Shown here: in pieces, positions 45,675 to 55,911 of the stretch
Layout of the letters: every line of letters begins with the position of its first letter
Numbering within the stretch: position 1 is the stretch's first letter
Virus record (IMG/VR): IMGVR_UViG_3300047476_001246
Length of the DNA stretch: 64,000 bases
Strand: one strand, 5' to 3'
DNA from: a virus
The notes under the pieces: model-generated
The model's database searches: none
Told to the model about the DNA's origin: nothing
The model's input: only the letters and a program-made list of their open reading frames with translations
Position numbers and translations under genes: made by a program

Positions 45675-47925
45675 TGTCGTCTATTCTATGTTGAAAGTTT
45701 GATGTTTCTACTGGTTGAAAAACAAATTCTTTGTTTGCAAAATCTACAATAATAGTTGTTCCTGCAGAAATATTTTCAAACAAAATCTTTTTACTCAAAG
45801 GAACTTTGATAACGTCGTTGATTTTTCTTTGCAACGGTCTGGCTCCCATTTTAGGATCAAATCCGTTAACTACCAGTTCATCAACTGCACCTTCTGTTAG
45901 TCGTACTCGAAGTTGTTTGTCTTGCAATAAATCATTGAGTTCGTTGATAAACTTGTTGACAATTTTACGCATACTGAGTTGATCAAGTTTATTAAACTTA
46001 ACGATCCCATCAAGTCTGTTTCTAAATTCTGGTTTAAAGAACTCTTTGACTGCTTTGTCATCTTCGTTTGATTTTTGCAGTTTACCAAACCCGATGTTGT
46101 TCTTTTCATTATCTGCTGCACCAAGATTAGATGTCAAGATAATGATTGCGTTTCTGCAATCTGCCTTTTTACCATTGCTTGACGTGACAGTTCCTTCGTC
46201 CATCATTTGCAGAAGTATGTTGCTGACATCGGGGTGTGCTTTTTCAATTTCGTCCATTAGAATAATGGAATTAGGATTCTTTTCGATATCGCTAATCAAC
46301 AAGCCGCCACCAAGATTGCCATCGTCGTAGCCCACATAACCAGGAGGTGCACCAATCAGTTTTGCTACAGCATGACGTTCTTGATATTCGCTCATGTCAT
46401 ATCGTATCAATTTCATACCAAGATTCTCTGCCAACAGTTTAGCAAGTTCGGTCTTGCCTGTGCCTGTTGGACCAAGGAACAAGAAGTTGCCCACTGGTTT
46501 GTTGATTGCTTTGAGTCCTGCTCTGCTGACATAAATTTTTTCAAGTACTGTTTCAACTGCATTGTCCTGACCAAACAGTCTGTCCTTGATTTTGGGTTCT
46601 AGATTTTCTATACCTTTTGAATTCTCTGTGCTGCCAATTTGTTCAACAGGTATCTTGGTCATTTTGCTGATTGCATCAACAATGTCGGATCTAACAATAG
46701 TCCAGTCCGAATCGGCCAGTTTACGTCTTGCACAGCAAATGTCAATCAAGTCAATGGCTTTGTCAGGCAGTTTTTTATCTGTTTGATAGCGAACGCTCAA
46801 GTCCACTGCTGCTTCAATAGCAGCGTCAGTGATTGTGCCGTTGTGGAACTTTTCAAAATTGCTTCGCAGACCTTTGAGAATATCTTTGGCCACTTGTGGG
46901 CTAGGCTCGTCCACTGTGACTCGCTGGAATCGACGCATCAAGGCTCGATCTTTTTCGAATGTCTGTGTGTATTCTTCCCATGTAGTACTAGCAATAACTT
47001 TGATACGACCTTTGGTCAATGCCGGTTTGATCATGTTGCTGAAATCTGGGCCGCTTTGATTACCTGACCCTGCTCCACGCATTTGATGCGCTTCATCAAT
47101 GAACAGAATAGCTTTGCCTTTTACTGTAAGGGCAGCAATAATTTCTTGAATTTTTTCTTCAAAGTCTCCACGATATTTGCTGCCTGCAAGTATAGTTCCG
47201 ATATCAAGATTGTAAACAGTGTAATCGTGCAGATAATCAGGAACAGTCTTAAGAGTAATTGACAGCGCCAATCCTTCGGCAATGGCAGTTTTACCCACAC
47301 CTGGATCACCAATCAACAGCACATTGTTTTTGTTCCTACGTGCCAGTACTTCGACAATTTCGTTGGTTTCAAAATTTCGACCAATCACAGGATCAATTTT
47401 ACCATCCACTGCCAATTTATTTAGGTTGGTACAGAAGTGCTCAAGCACCTTGTCCGCTCTTGCAGTATCAGTAATTGTTTTACTTGAATCTGTTTTGTAT
47501 GACTTATTGTAAAGTTCAATCAGCTTGGCACGTTCTAGACCATACTTGACCATGAAGTAATGAGCATAGCTGTTGTTTTCTGCGTGTATGCTCACAAATA
47601 GATCAATTATGGTAATGTGTGTTCTTGAACTAAACAGCACCTGGGTAAATGCACGATTAAAAGTGCGTTCCAGAGCATGTGTCTTTTTGGGATCGCCATC
47701 AGTGCTGATCAAGTCAACCTGTGACAGTAGATAGTCTTCCAACTCGTTTTCGAGTGATTGGACATCTGCTCCAAAGTTTACTAATAGATCTTTAAAAGGT
47801 TCGTATCTCAGCATGGCCAAAAATACGTGTTCCAGCGTGACGTATTCGTGACTTAGTTTGATAGCTATTTTTGTTGCTTCTTCGATGACATGATCAATTT
47901 CGGGATTAGTCTGTAGCATATCCAT
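45634..47925 (-). CDS. clpA: ClpA-type Hsp100 AAA+ chaperone
   Basis: Clp N-domain, two NBDs (GDPGVGKT, GPTGTGKT), GAPPGYVG, IGF ClpP-docking loop and GARPL; no ClpB middle domain. Confidence 0.92.
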   Translation of the reverse strand: MDMLQTNPEIDHVIEEATKIAIKLSHEYVTLEHVFLAMLRYEPFKDLLVNFGADVQSLENELEDYLLSQVDLISTDGDPKKTHALERTFNRAFTQVLFSSRTHITIIDLFVSIHAENNSYAHYFMVKYGLERAKLIELYNKSYKTDSSKTITDTARADKVLEHFCTNLNKLAVDGKIDPVIGRNFETNEIVEVLARRNKNNVLLIGDPGVGKTAIAEGLALSITLKTVPDYLHDYTVYNLDIGTILAGSKYRGDFEEKIQEIIAALTVKGKAILFIDEAHQMRGAGSGNQSGPDFSNMIKPALTKGRIKVIASTTWEEYTQTFEKDRALMRRFQRVTVDEPSPQVAKDILKGLRSNFEKFHNGTITDAAIEAAVDLSVRYQTDKKLPDKAIDLIDICCARRKLADSDWTIVRSDIVDAISKMTKIPVEQIGSTENSKGIENLEPKIKDRLFGQDNAVETVLEKIYVSRAGLKAINKPVGNFLFLGPTGTGKTELAKLLAENLGMKLIRYDMSEYQERHAVAKLIGAPPGYVGYDDGNLGGGLLISDIEKNPNSIILMDEIEKAHPDVSNILLQMMDEGTVTSSNGKKADCRNAIIILTSNLGAADNEKNNIGFGKLQKSNEDDKAVKEFFKPEFRNRLDGIVKFNKLDQLSMRKIVNKFINELNDLLQDKQLRVRLTEGAVDELVVNGFDPKMGARPLQRKINDVIKVPLSKKILFENISAGTTIIVDFANKEFVFQPVETSNFQHRIDDNGYIILEEPVSKY

Positions 47926-47927
47926 AT

Positions 47928-48791
47928 TTAGTGAATGAAAAAGAGTTCTTTAAGAGTTTGTTTTTGATCATCTGTCAGATGAACAGGAACAGTAATTTTA
48001 ACAGAGACCAACAACGAACCCCTAATATTTTGGTTCATTGCATATAGGCCCTGATTGGCAATTCTAAATTTAGTTCCTGGTTGTGTGCCCGGAGGAATAG
48101 TTAATTCAAATTGTTTATTATCTATACCGGACACGGTGATTTGATCCCCGACCATTGCACGTACACAATCAATTTCAATTGAGTAAATCAAGTCTTGGTT
48201 ATTTACTTCAAATTTGGTATCATTTTCAACATGAACCCTGACAAACAAATCTCCTCTTGGTAAACTTTCAAAAAAGTTATCTCCCAATCCTGGATATTTG
48301 ATTGTGGTGTTAGGGCGCACACCGCGTGGGATACCTACATCAACTGCTTGCCTGCCTCCGTTGGTAGTTTGGACGCTTATGGTTTTTTGTTGATCCGCTA
48401 ATGTGCTTGACAACGGAACCACAAGATCTACTTGTATATCCTTGTTGCGTCTAGGTTGTCTAAAACCGCCAAAAGGGTCTCCGTTTTGTCCACCAAACCC
48501 TGGGCCAAACGCAAACCCAAAATTACGCAGCATGTCTTCCATACCATGTGGCATTCCTCCGCCAACATCTTGGCCGTTGAAATTGAATCGCATGCCGCTA
48601 CGACGTTCGGCATCGTATTGGGCACGTTTCTGTGCGTCACCGATAACATCGTAGGCACTTTGAATTTCTTGGAATTTGTTTGTATCACCACCTTTGTCAG
48701 GATGATGCTGCATAGCCAATTTACGGTATGCCTTTTTTATTTCGTCCTGACTGGCAGATTCTGATACGCCTAGTGTTGCGTAATGGGTCAT
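47928..48791 (-). CDS. DnaJ class B / CbpA-like co-chaperone
   Basis: J-domain with HPD, G/F-rich linker and C-terminal domain; no zinc finger. Confidence 0.92.
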   Translation of the reverse strand: MTHYATLGVSESASQDEIKKAYRKLAMQHHPDKGGDTNKFQEIQSAYDVIGDAQKRAQYDAERRSGMRFNFNGQDVGGGMPHGMEDMLRNFGFAFGPGFGGQNGDPFGGFRQPRRNKDIQVDLVVPLSSTLADQQKTISVQTTNGGRQAVDVGIPRGVRPNTTIKYPGLGDNFFESLPRGDLFVRVHVENDTKFEVNNQDLIYSIEIDCVRAMVGDQITVSGIDNKQFELTIPPGTQPGTKFRIANQGLYAMNQNIRGSLLVSVKITVPVHLTDDQKQTLKELFFIH

Positions 48792-48799
48792 AGACTGTA

Positions 48800-48848
48800 A
48801 TTATATACTACAAAAAGAAAACGGTCAACACTTTAGAGCATTGACCGT
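48800..48848 (-). terminator. Intrinsic terminator of the lysis operon, overlapping the dnaJ sigma70 promoter
   Basis: ACGGTCAA/TTGACCGT stem plus T tract; the 3' arm supplies TTGACC-17-TATAAT. Confidence 0.65.
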
Positions 48849-48867
48849 CAAGTGGGTTCAAAGACAA

Positions 48868-49062
48868 TTACTTCTTAGCGTCTTTTTTTGCATCTTCAAT
48901 CTTGGTACCTTCTAGTTTCTTGTGTACCTTGATTGTCTTGCAAACTTCTTTTTCTTTTTTGGTTTTGTTGTCGAACTCTTTAACACAAACTTTCTTTTCT
49001 TCAGCTGCATAAGCACCGGTTAGTGCAAATACGCTGATCATGGCTGCTAAAATATATTTCAT
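48868..49062 (-). CDS. Small secreted protein
   Basis: Signal peptide (AYA cleavage site), two Cys, Lys-rich. Confidence 0.65.
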   Translation of the reverse strand: MKYILAAMISVFALTGAYAAEEKKVCVKEFDNKTKKEKEVCKTIKVHKKLEGTKIEDAKKDAKK

Positions 49063-49286
49063 TTTGGATTATCCTTTTTGGTAAATTTTTCTGATGCTGT
49101 GAATCCTAGTCCGCCAATCACAATGTACATCATGTATTCGTAAGTGGTAGGATTGACTCGTTTTTCAAAAAACATTTCTGCAATAAATCCTACAGCACAC
49201 AGCAAGAAAGCCAAAAATGTTATGACTCTCTTGCTGCTAGGATTTGATTCGCTTTCTCCCGAAAGCATTCGTACTAGAAAGCTCAT
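49059..49286 (-). CDS. Two-TM holin-like protein
   Basis: SSKRV plus two TM helices and a charged tail, in the lysis cluster. Confidence 0.55.
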   Translation of the reverse strand: MSFLVRMLSGESESNPSSKRVITFLAFLLCAVGFIAEMFFEKRVNPTTYEYMMYIVIGGLGFTASEKFTKKDNPK

Positions 49287-49762
49287 TATCGCTCTGGATG
49301 ATCTGGTTGAAATGGAGCTTCTTTGCCACCAAAGCCTGCGTTCACTGATGCTGCAAAAGGTGCAACAGGTTCAAATGCAGATGATGTTGTAGTCATGAAA
49401 CCGCCCGCTGTACCAACTGGTACCGATGATGCTTTTGCGACTGATGGTGGTTCTGGTGGAGGTGTATACGGTTTGTTGGCCGCATCAATTGCCTTGGCTC
49501 TGAGTTCCTTGTCGTCACCGGCCAACATAATGCCCGACAGTGTACCGGTCAAGAATGTTGCGATTGGAATAATAAGTTCAAAAAACTTGTTATCGACTGG
49601 ACTCATACCATTCATAGGTTGTGTCACAAAAATCAGGCTGTATAGTACAACAAACACAATCCCAAACAGTGTTAAACCTAATATAATACCGATGAAGAAT
49701 TTGAGTCTTGCATTTAGTTCTTCTGTGGTATATCTTTCTTTACTGAATAATTCCGTAATCAT
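49286..49762 (-). CDS. Two-TM membrane protein with Pro-rich tail
   Basis: Two hydrophobic helices. Confidence 0.6.
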   Translation of the reverse strand: MITELFSKERYTTEELNARLKFFIGIILGLTLFGIVFVVLYSLIFVTQPMNGMSPVDNKFFELIIPIATFLTGTLSGIMLAGDDKELRAKAIDAANKPYTPPPEPPSVAKASSVPVGTAGGFMTTTSSAFEPVAPFAASVNAGFGGKEAPFQPDHPER

Positions 49763-50001
49763 TTACAATCTCCTTTTTTTGATGCTGGTGGTGCAGGCTG
49801 TAGTAAGTTTGGATTTCCAGGTGTACCGCCTACTTTATCTTTTTCATAAGGTGTTAAATCCTCTGGGCATGTTCCATTGGCACTGCACCAAGGCTTCTTA
49901 CACTCTTTGTTTTCCCAGTTATCGGGGTCCTGGCAAGGATAACGATAGTTTTCCGAGCAAGCTACAAGCAAAGGCAATAACAATAGTGCTAGGTATCGCA
50001 T
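49759..50001 (-). CDS. Small Cys-rich lipoprotein
   Basis: Lipobox LVAC; YRYPCQDP.NW...C..P.C...G.CP. Confidence 0.7.
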   Translation of the reverse strand: MRYLALLLLPLLVACSENYRYPCQDPDNWENKECKKPWCSANGTCPEDLTPYEKDKVGGTPGNPNLLQPAPPASKKGDCK

Positions 50002-50618
50002 TAGTGAACTCCTAGAACATGCAGAGCATGGTTGTAGTGCTTGATGCGATCATCTAGACCAATAAACCCGCCGTTGATTTTGCGTGTCATTGTTTTGATA
50101 TCGCCTTTGTCAGCTTCGTTATTGAGCTTGTTAGTTTCCCAGAACCAGCAAGCACTTTGTGCTGCACCTTCGAATGTTTGAGTATACTCGGCTGCTTCCT
50201 CGGGTGTGATCTCTAAGCTGGCAGCAAACCAGGTGTAGTTTGTTTTGCCAGTCAACTGAATTAGACCACGACCGCGATATTTCCAACCATCACCTGACGC
50301 TTCGTCACCATTGCCCATTCTATTTGCATAGATTCTATTGGCAATTTTTTCAGGTTTCTTTTCGTAGGCTTTGGCCACGCTCATTTCTGTAAAGTACTTG
50401 GGAAATACTTTCATCAAGCTTTCAGCTTTGTAATTCAAGTTCTCTGTCAAGAAAACAAAACTGCCCGATTCGTGGGCACATTGAGCAATAAATGATGCAA
50501 TACGCTGCGGGGTATTGATTTCATAGTCTGGCAATAGTTGACTTAATGCTCGATGCCAATGATCAATATATTGATTTTTTGGTAGCAGTTGTCTTAGTTG
50601 ATCTTTAGTTAGTTCCAT
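50001..50618 (-). CDS. Glycoside hydrolase family 19 endolysin
   Basis: F.AQ..HES, ENLNY, YRGRG.IQLTG..NY and T..INGG..G..DR. Confidence 0.92.
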   Translation of the reverse strand: MELTKDQLRQLLPKNQYIDHWHRALSQLLPDYEINTPQRIASFIAQCAHESGSFVFLTENLNYKAESLMKVFPKYFTEMSVAKAYEKKPEKIANRIYANRMGNGDEASGDGWKYRGRGLIQLTGKTNYTWFAASLEITPEEAAEYTQTFEGAAQSACWFWETNKLNNEADKGDIKTMTRKINGGFIGLDDRIKHYNHALHVLGVH

Positions 50619-50680
50619 TCTTTAGTTCCTTTATTTTTTATGTTTTCCACCGCATATAGGACAAGTTTCTTGATCGCTCA

Positions 50681-50947
50681 TTACTTTACCTCGTCAAATA
50701 TCTTTTTCTGTGTTGCATACCACTCATTCCACGCTTCCACCTTTGTGGCGCATTCATAATATTGTGTATAATTCTCAACTACGGTTTTATGCAAATCCAC
50801 AATCGAAACCGAATCGCCTTCAATTTTTTTAAGTTCCGGGCAAGTGACCTTTAACGATGCCGGTGCCTCGGGAAATTTAGCTACAACTGGCACTGTGGTT
50901 GAACAACCGGTTAGTAATAATGTTAGTAGTAGACCGTAGCGTTTCAT
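50681..50947 (-). CDS. o-spanin (Rz1-like lipoprotein)
   Basis: Lipobox LTGC, Pro-rich, C...C; overlaps the i-spanin end. Confidence 0.75.
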   Translation of the reverse strand: MKRYGLLLTLLLTGCSTTVPVVAKFPEAPASLKVTCPELKKIEGDSVSIVDLHKTVVENYTQYYECATKVEAWNEWYATQKKIFDEVK

Positions 50948-51459
50948 TTTTGTGCTGCTGCCTTATTTTGTTCTTCGACGATAATTTTAGGAACAGGGCA
51001 ATTTTTAATCGCATCCAGTAATTCTTTTTGACGTGCCTCAAACACTGCACGTTCTTCTGCACTCATGTCCTTTACTATTTCAACAGTTTTTCCTTCAACC
51101 AAACGATTAATATATTCGATCTGAGTCTTGCCTTTTTCTCGTATTACCTTTGTTCGTTCTACAATCTTTGTTTCAAGTTCTTTGTTGGCTTCTTTGCTCT
51201 TGGCTTCGGCTGCTGCTACCTTGGCTTCCATTTCAGCCACACGCTCACGCCATAGCATTTCGTTGCTATAACCGCCGTACCAGTAAATGCCGCTGACCAG
51301 CAATAGAATACTGGCCAACTGTATCCATTTTCTATAGATGTTGATAAAGGGAACGAATGTGATTAACCAGCTAACAACTAGGCCTATAGCGCCGGCACCT
51401 ATCAAGCAATAGGTGAAGAAAAGTATTAAACTGTCAGGTAGTAGATGTAAAAGCCACAT
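50944..51459 (-). CDS. i-spanin (Rz-like)
   Basis: N-terminal TM helices, coiled coil and C-terminal Cys. Confidence 0.7.
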   Translation of the reverse strand: MWLLHLLPDSLILFFTYCLIGAGAIGLVVSWLITFVPFINIYRKWIQLASILLLVSGIYWYGGYSNEMLWRERVAEMEAKVAAAEAKSKEANKELETKIVERTKVIREKGKTQIEYINRLVEGKTVEIVKDMSAEERAVFEARQKELLDAIKNCPVPKIIVEEQNKAAAQK

Positions 51460-51469
51460 AAAAATACTG

Positions 51470-52351
51470 TTAATTGATAACAGTATTTAGCCTTTTTTGG
51501 GTATTTTGGACGTCGGTAATTAGATTTCGTTTACTTAAAAACTCTAAGTAAGCTGTTTTTTGCTCAGTAGTCAATAAAACCCAAGATTTTGAAGCAATAC
51601 TGACTGTCAAAGTTAAAAACTTTTGCATATCCAAAAACAGTCGGTTAAAGTTATCAACTTCCCAATCTGCAATGTTTATACAACTCCATCGTTGAGTGTT
51701 GGAGTATAACTCTTTAAAATCTCCATACTTGTATTTGACATAGGCAGAATACAAGTAAAATTCTGTAATCAAATTTGGATAACAAACGCTGTCAAGGAAA
51801 AACTCAATAAAAGCCTTGCCTGTCAGTTGTTCTGTGTCGCTAATCAGCGACTTTACAGTATCTGTGTGAAACAAAAAGGGAACACCGCCGGGACCTATTA
51901 TATAATCAAGTTCGATGTTATAGAGCTTCTCAACAAAATTTTTTGCTGACTCAAAAACCGGCATGTGTAATAGTTTATTAGTGCAGGCTTTGTTTTCTGA
52001 ATTTAAAAATAGTTCGGTCTTAAAGGGTCTGACAAAAAATGTTTTGGCATCTAGTACCACACTCCAATCGCATGTGGATCGTGCTGCTGCTAATAATTTG
52101 CACAACTGTTGATTGTCCCAACCGCCAACGCGATTGGTATATCCAAACACTGAATAAGGATATACAATTACTCGATCAGCATATTTTCCGTACCAAGATC
52201 GATCTATCAAATTGACCACATCGTCGCTGTCGTTGACAACGATGTAGATGTTTTTTATTTGTTTGTCAGTGAAATAATTTTCTATAGACTTGGCTTGAAT
52301 TTCAAGGTAGCATATCTCAGGACGATATACTACCGTTATTAGATCTATCAT
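51470..52351 (-). CDS. Glycosyltransferase-like protein (DUF6492-type)
   Basis: GW..QQ..KL, VLDAK and TEF.LY. Confidence 0.55.
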   Translation of the reverse strand: MIDLITVVYRPEICYLEIQAKSIENYFTDKQIKNIYIVVNDSDDVVNLIDRSWYGKYADRVIVYPYSVFGYTNRVGGWDNQQLCKLLAAARSTCDWSVVLDAKTFFVRPFKTELFLNSENKACTNKLLHMPVFESAKNFVEKLYNIELDYIIGPGGVPFLFHTDTVKSLISDTEQLTGKAFIEFFLDSVCYPNLITEFYLYSAYVKYKYGDFKELYSNTQRWSCINIADWEVDNFNRLFLDMQKFLTLTVSIASKSWVLLTTEQKTAYLEFLSKRNLITDVQNTQKRLNTVIN

Positions 52352-52360
52352 GTAGAGTAA

Positions 52361-52972
52361 TTACAGAATACCTGCTAGCGATCTCAGTGATTGTGTATGA
52401 TCATTTTTTGGAGCCTTGGTGTTTACATTTACACCTGCAGCCACACGCATTTCGTCTAGTGCTTTATTGCCGTATCTACGCAAATAGTCTTCGGTAGTCA
52501 ATGGTACCAGCATTTGAATATTGTCAGCAGTAAGCTCGTGTTCTTCGGGACTTGATCTAACCATCAATCGCCACTCGCTTAAATCTTGATCAGTCAAGCG
52601 CATGATGTCTTCTAACATCTGAACAGCGTTTTCTGCAAAGCTGGGCTCTCGATCGCACTCTACAAAAACAATAAAATCGCCATCATCTAGTTCGCCTGCA
52701 CTGATATCAGCATCAATGACCCAGCTGTAGCCTTTTTCAATGAAATTGACTAAATCGGCAGCAGGCTCACGACCATTTACTTTAAAACTAATAACTATTA
52801 CATCTTCGTCTTTGCCCATCTTGCTCTTGTATTCGTCAATATGGAGTTCATTGTGAACCAGACGTTTAAGATCGTTGGCTTCGAGCCCTTCGTTTAAGTT
52901 AATAAGGTGCCGGTCCATTTTGCTGTCCTTGTGGTGTGTTTTCTTGACCTTGACTGGCTGATGTTGGTGCAT
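52361..52972 (-). CDS. Hypothetical protein (start probably MDRHL)
   Basis: ORF track. Confidence 0.65.
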   Translation of the reverse strand: MHQHQPVKVKKTHHKDSKMDRHLINLNEGLEANDLKRLVHNELHIDEYKSKMGKDEDVIVISFKVNGREPAADLVNFIEKGYSWVIDADISAGELDDGDFIVFVECDREPSFAENAVQMLEDIMRLTDQDLSEWRLMVRSSPEEHELTADNIQMLVPLTTEDYLRRYGNKALDEMRVAAGVNVNTKAPKNDHTQSLRSLAGIL

Positions 52973-53477
52973 CGCTTTCTGTTTTGTACATGTTGTCGTC
53001 TAGGCCTTCTTCATAACTCTGCTCAATATCTTCTGCGTCAACTTTCCCTGCTTCTAGTTCCACACTGCCTTGATTGATTTCCTGCATCAATTGCTTTGGC
53101 ATTACTATTTCTACTAGCCATACAGGAACTCTGGCCATTTTTGGTACTTTGGTTCCGGGCTTGAAATCCTCAGGGTCTTTGACTTTGACAGGGTATTGTA
53201 AATGATCTTTTTTGTATTTGACTTCGCATCCATAATCTAATAGACGCTCGCCACCCCTGGGATCGGGCATTAATTTATAGGGCCACATGAATGTGCAAGT
53301 GACAAAATATTTTTCATACTTTGGACCTACAACTAGTTCGCCCTTTTTCCAGTTTGCAAAGGTATAAACATCTAACTCGTCAATAACACGCTCAAAATCC
53401 AAAAGGGTGTTAACTGCACTGTCAGTTAGTGATATGGTTTTAGTGTTTTCTAATACGTCTTTAATATCTGTTGGCAT
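52899..53477 (-). CDS. Hypothetical protein
   Basis: TAAATA upstream; acidic tail. Confidence 0.65.
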   Translation of the reverse strand: MPTDIKDVLENTKTISLTDSAVNTLLDFERVIDELDVYTFANWKKGELVVGPKYEKYFVTCTFMWPYKLMPDPRGGERLLDYGCEVKYKKDHLQYPVKVKDPEDFKPGTKVPKMARVPVWLVEIVMPKQLMQEINQGSVELEAGKVDAEDIEQSYEEGLDDNMYKTESDAPTSASQGQENTPQGQQNGPAPY

Positions 53478-53708
53478 AGAATTTCTATCAATATTAGTTA
53501 TTTAGCTAATAATTGCTGTATTCTTATTAACGTGAGTGGGATTGTGTATCGTACGGTCTAATACTTAGCCTACAAAAATTTTAATAAACACACAGTTTTC
53601 GACACAAATTGAGCTACGTAAATATCTACGTGGACTTGATAAAGAAGATGCCAAGCCCACTGAGGAGCTCGGGCCATGGCAGATCCACCATTTATAAAGG
53701 AGGTAGTC

Positions 53709-54428
53709 TTGAGCAAACGTCGCAGAAGCGAAGTAGCACAATTATCGGTAGTTAGCAGCATTGAACCGTATCAAAAACAACGCCGCACCATTCAACTAAT
53801 CCCCAAGAGTTTAAATCAAGAAACATACATAGATCTATTAGAAAATCCCCAACGCTTAATAGTTTACGCCGCAGGCCCGGCAGGTACAGGCAAAACTATG
53901 CTGGCTGTGTTGGCCGCCCTAAAAGCATTTAGAGCAGGAGAATGCTCTAAAATTGTTATTACCAGGCCCGCAGTAGGTGTTGATGACGAGCAACATGGAT
54001 TTTTGCCGGGTACACTAAATCAAAAAATGGAGCCTTGGACCAGGCCTATTTTTGACATTGTAGAAGAATATTATAGACCACAGGAGGTCGTACGTCTGCT
54101 AGAAGAAAAATATATAGAGATTGCTCCACTAGCATACATGCGAGGACGGACATTTAAAAACTCGTGGATTATTGCAGATGAAATGCAAAACGCGACACCA
54201 AGTCAGATGAAGATGCTGTTGACTCGACTAGGCGACAACTCCAAGATGGTTATTACAGGTGACACGCAGCAGGCCGACCGTAGGGCCAAGGACAACGGAC
54301 TATTGGACTTCCAAAGTTTGATGAAAAACTTTGATAGCCAATACATAGCTGGCGTGGAGTTTGCAGTCAAGGATGTTCGTAGACATCCAGCTGTGGCTGA
54401 AGTTCTTAAACTTTACGGGGAGGATTAA
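53709..54428 (+). CDS. phoH: PhoH-family ATPase (TTG start after AAGGAGG)
   Basis: GPAGTGKT, TRPAV, GFLPG, YMRGRT, DEMQN, TGD..Q.D and RHP.V. Confidence 0.93.
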   Translation: MSKRRRSEVAQLSVVSSIEPYQKQRRTIQLIPKSLNQETYIDLLENPQRLIVYAAGPAGTGKTMLAVLAALKAFRAGECSKIVITRPAVGVDDEQHGFLPGTLNQKMEPWTRPIFDIVEEYYRPQEVVRLLEEKYIEIAPLAYMRGRTFKNSWIIADEMQNATPSQMKMLLTRLGDNSKMVITGDTQQADRRAKDNGLLDFQSLMKNFDSQYIAGVEFAVKDVRRHPAVAEVLKLYGED

Positions 54429-54445
54429 TATAGTTTAAATACTGG

Positions 54446-55441
54446 ATGCTTAATTATAATGAAATAAGCAGCGTTCATTTAGAAATTTCAACTAGGTGCA
54501 ACGCTGCTTGTCCTGAGTGTCCAAGAAATTTTCGTGGTGTTGATGTAATCGATTCTTACCCTATTTGTGACATGAGCTTGGAACAAGCTCAAAAAATATT
54601 CACGATCCCGTTTCTCAGACAAATAAATCATATTTTAATAAACGGCAATTACGGTGATTTTATTACTGCCCGTGACGGACTAGAAATTGTTGAGTACTTT
54701 AGATCTGCTAATCCAAGACTAGAAATTGAAATCAGCACCAATGCTAGTGGTCGCCCAAACGTTTGGACTAGACTTGGGGAATTGAAAACCAAAGTCTATT
54801 TTAGAATTGATGGACTGCAAGACACACATCACTTGTATCGCCAATACACAGATTTTGATTTAATTATGGAAAACGCCAGCAAGTTCATTGCTGCTGGTGG
54901 ACATGCTATATGGGCGTTTATTCCTTTTGATCACAATCAACATCAAATTGAACAAGCCAAACAACTATCCAAAGAATTAGGTTTTGCACAATTTCAAATA
55001 GTTGATGCCGGAAGAAACGTTGGTCCGGTGTTTACCAGAGAAGGCAAGTACAGTCACAGTTTGGGAAATTACACAGGTGATAAAAATTTTGATAATCTTT
55101 ATTCAAAACATTTGTACTATGTTGATAAGCCTGAAATTACCATTTTGCATACAGAACATCCCAATAGGAAAATTGATTGTTATGCAAAACGACAACGAGA
55201 AATTTATATAACTGCCAACGGTGAAGTGTACCCTTGTTGTTGGCTTGGGTTTTATCCTGCAAAAGAAACAGGAAATCCTAGCAATATGCAACTAAGACCA
55301 ATAATGAAAGACAACAATGCAATTGAACACGGAATAGAACATGCAATCAATTGGTTCAACAGCATTGAAGCCAGTTGGAGTCTTGATTCAGTTGCTGCGG
55401 GAAAAATTTACACTTGCAACGAAACCTGTGGTGCCAGGTGA
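54446..55441 (+). CDS. Radical SAM protein with C-terminal SPASM/twitch domain
   Basis: CNAACPEC, GN.GD, IDG...T...YR and G.V.PCC. Confidence 0.85.
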   Translation: MLNYNEISSVHLEISTRCNAACPECPRNFRGVDVIDSYPICDMSLEQAQKIFTIPFLRQINHILINGNYGDFITARDGLEIVEYFRSANPRLEIEISTNASGRPNVWTRLGELKTKVYFRIDGLQDTHHLYRQYTDFDLIMENASKFIAAGGHAIWAFIPFDHNQHQIEQAKQLSKELGFAQFQIVDAGRNVGPVFTREGKYSHSLGNYTGDKNFDNLYSKHLYYVDKPEITILHTEHPNRKIDCYAKRQREIYITANGEVYPCCWLGFYPAKETGNPSNMQLRPIMKDNNAIEHGIEHAINWFNSIEASWSLDSVAAGKIYTCNETCGAR

Positions 55442-55911
55442 CGTAATTGTGTTATTGTGCTGTCAAAATCCACATGTAGGATAGCTGTACCGCCGGCAGC
55501 ACGCCACTCATCAATATTACTCTTACGATCATCAATTAATATATCGCCGGGCCGACAATGCTGGTGTTTGTCTTTGCTGAAAGGACCAAACATCACAGGT
55601 ATAGTGGGAAAGTTGTGTCTAGCCCAATACACTTTGTCATAGAATGCCCAAGGAACATCATTGCCTTTGGGTACCGCAGTCAAGAACATTAGATCGTAGT
55701 TGTGCTGTTTGGCAAATTTGCTGCATTCGAATACCAACTGATCTGCATAAGATGTTTTTACTAGATCTCTATAAAGTCTAGCATTACTGGCTAGTTTGTA
55801 CCACACTTCATCAGGATAAATGCCCGCACTGGGCGGAACACCTAAAGTTCGTGCGGCATACTCATCGAAGTCGGCCACGACTCCGTCCATATCTAAATAT
55901 AATGTTGTCAT
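55408..55911 (-). CDS. 5'(3')-deoxyribonucleotidase (NT5C, HAD family)
   Basis: DMDGVVAD, LTA, K..W and LIDD...N..W...GG. Confidence 0.85.
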   Translation of the reverse strand: MTTLYLDMDGVVADFDEYAARTLGVPPSAGIYPDEVWYKLASNARLYRDLVKTSYADQLVFECSKFAKQHNYDLMFLTAVPKGNDVPWAFYDKVYWARHNFPTIPVMFGPFSKDKHQHCRPGDILIDDRKSNIDEWRAAGGTAILHVDFDSTITQLRHLAPQVSLQV

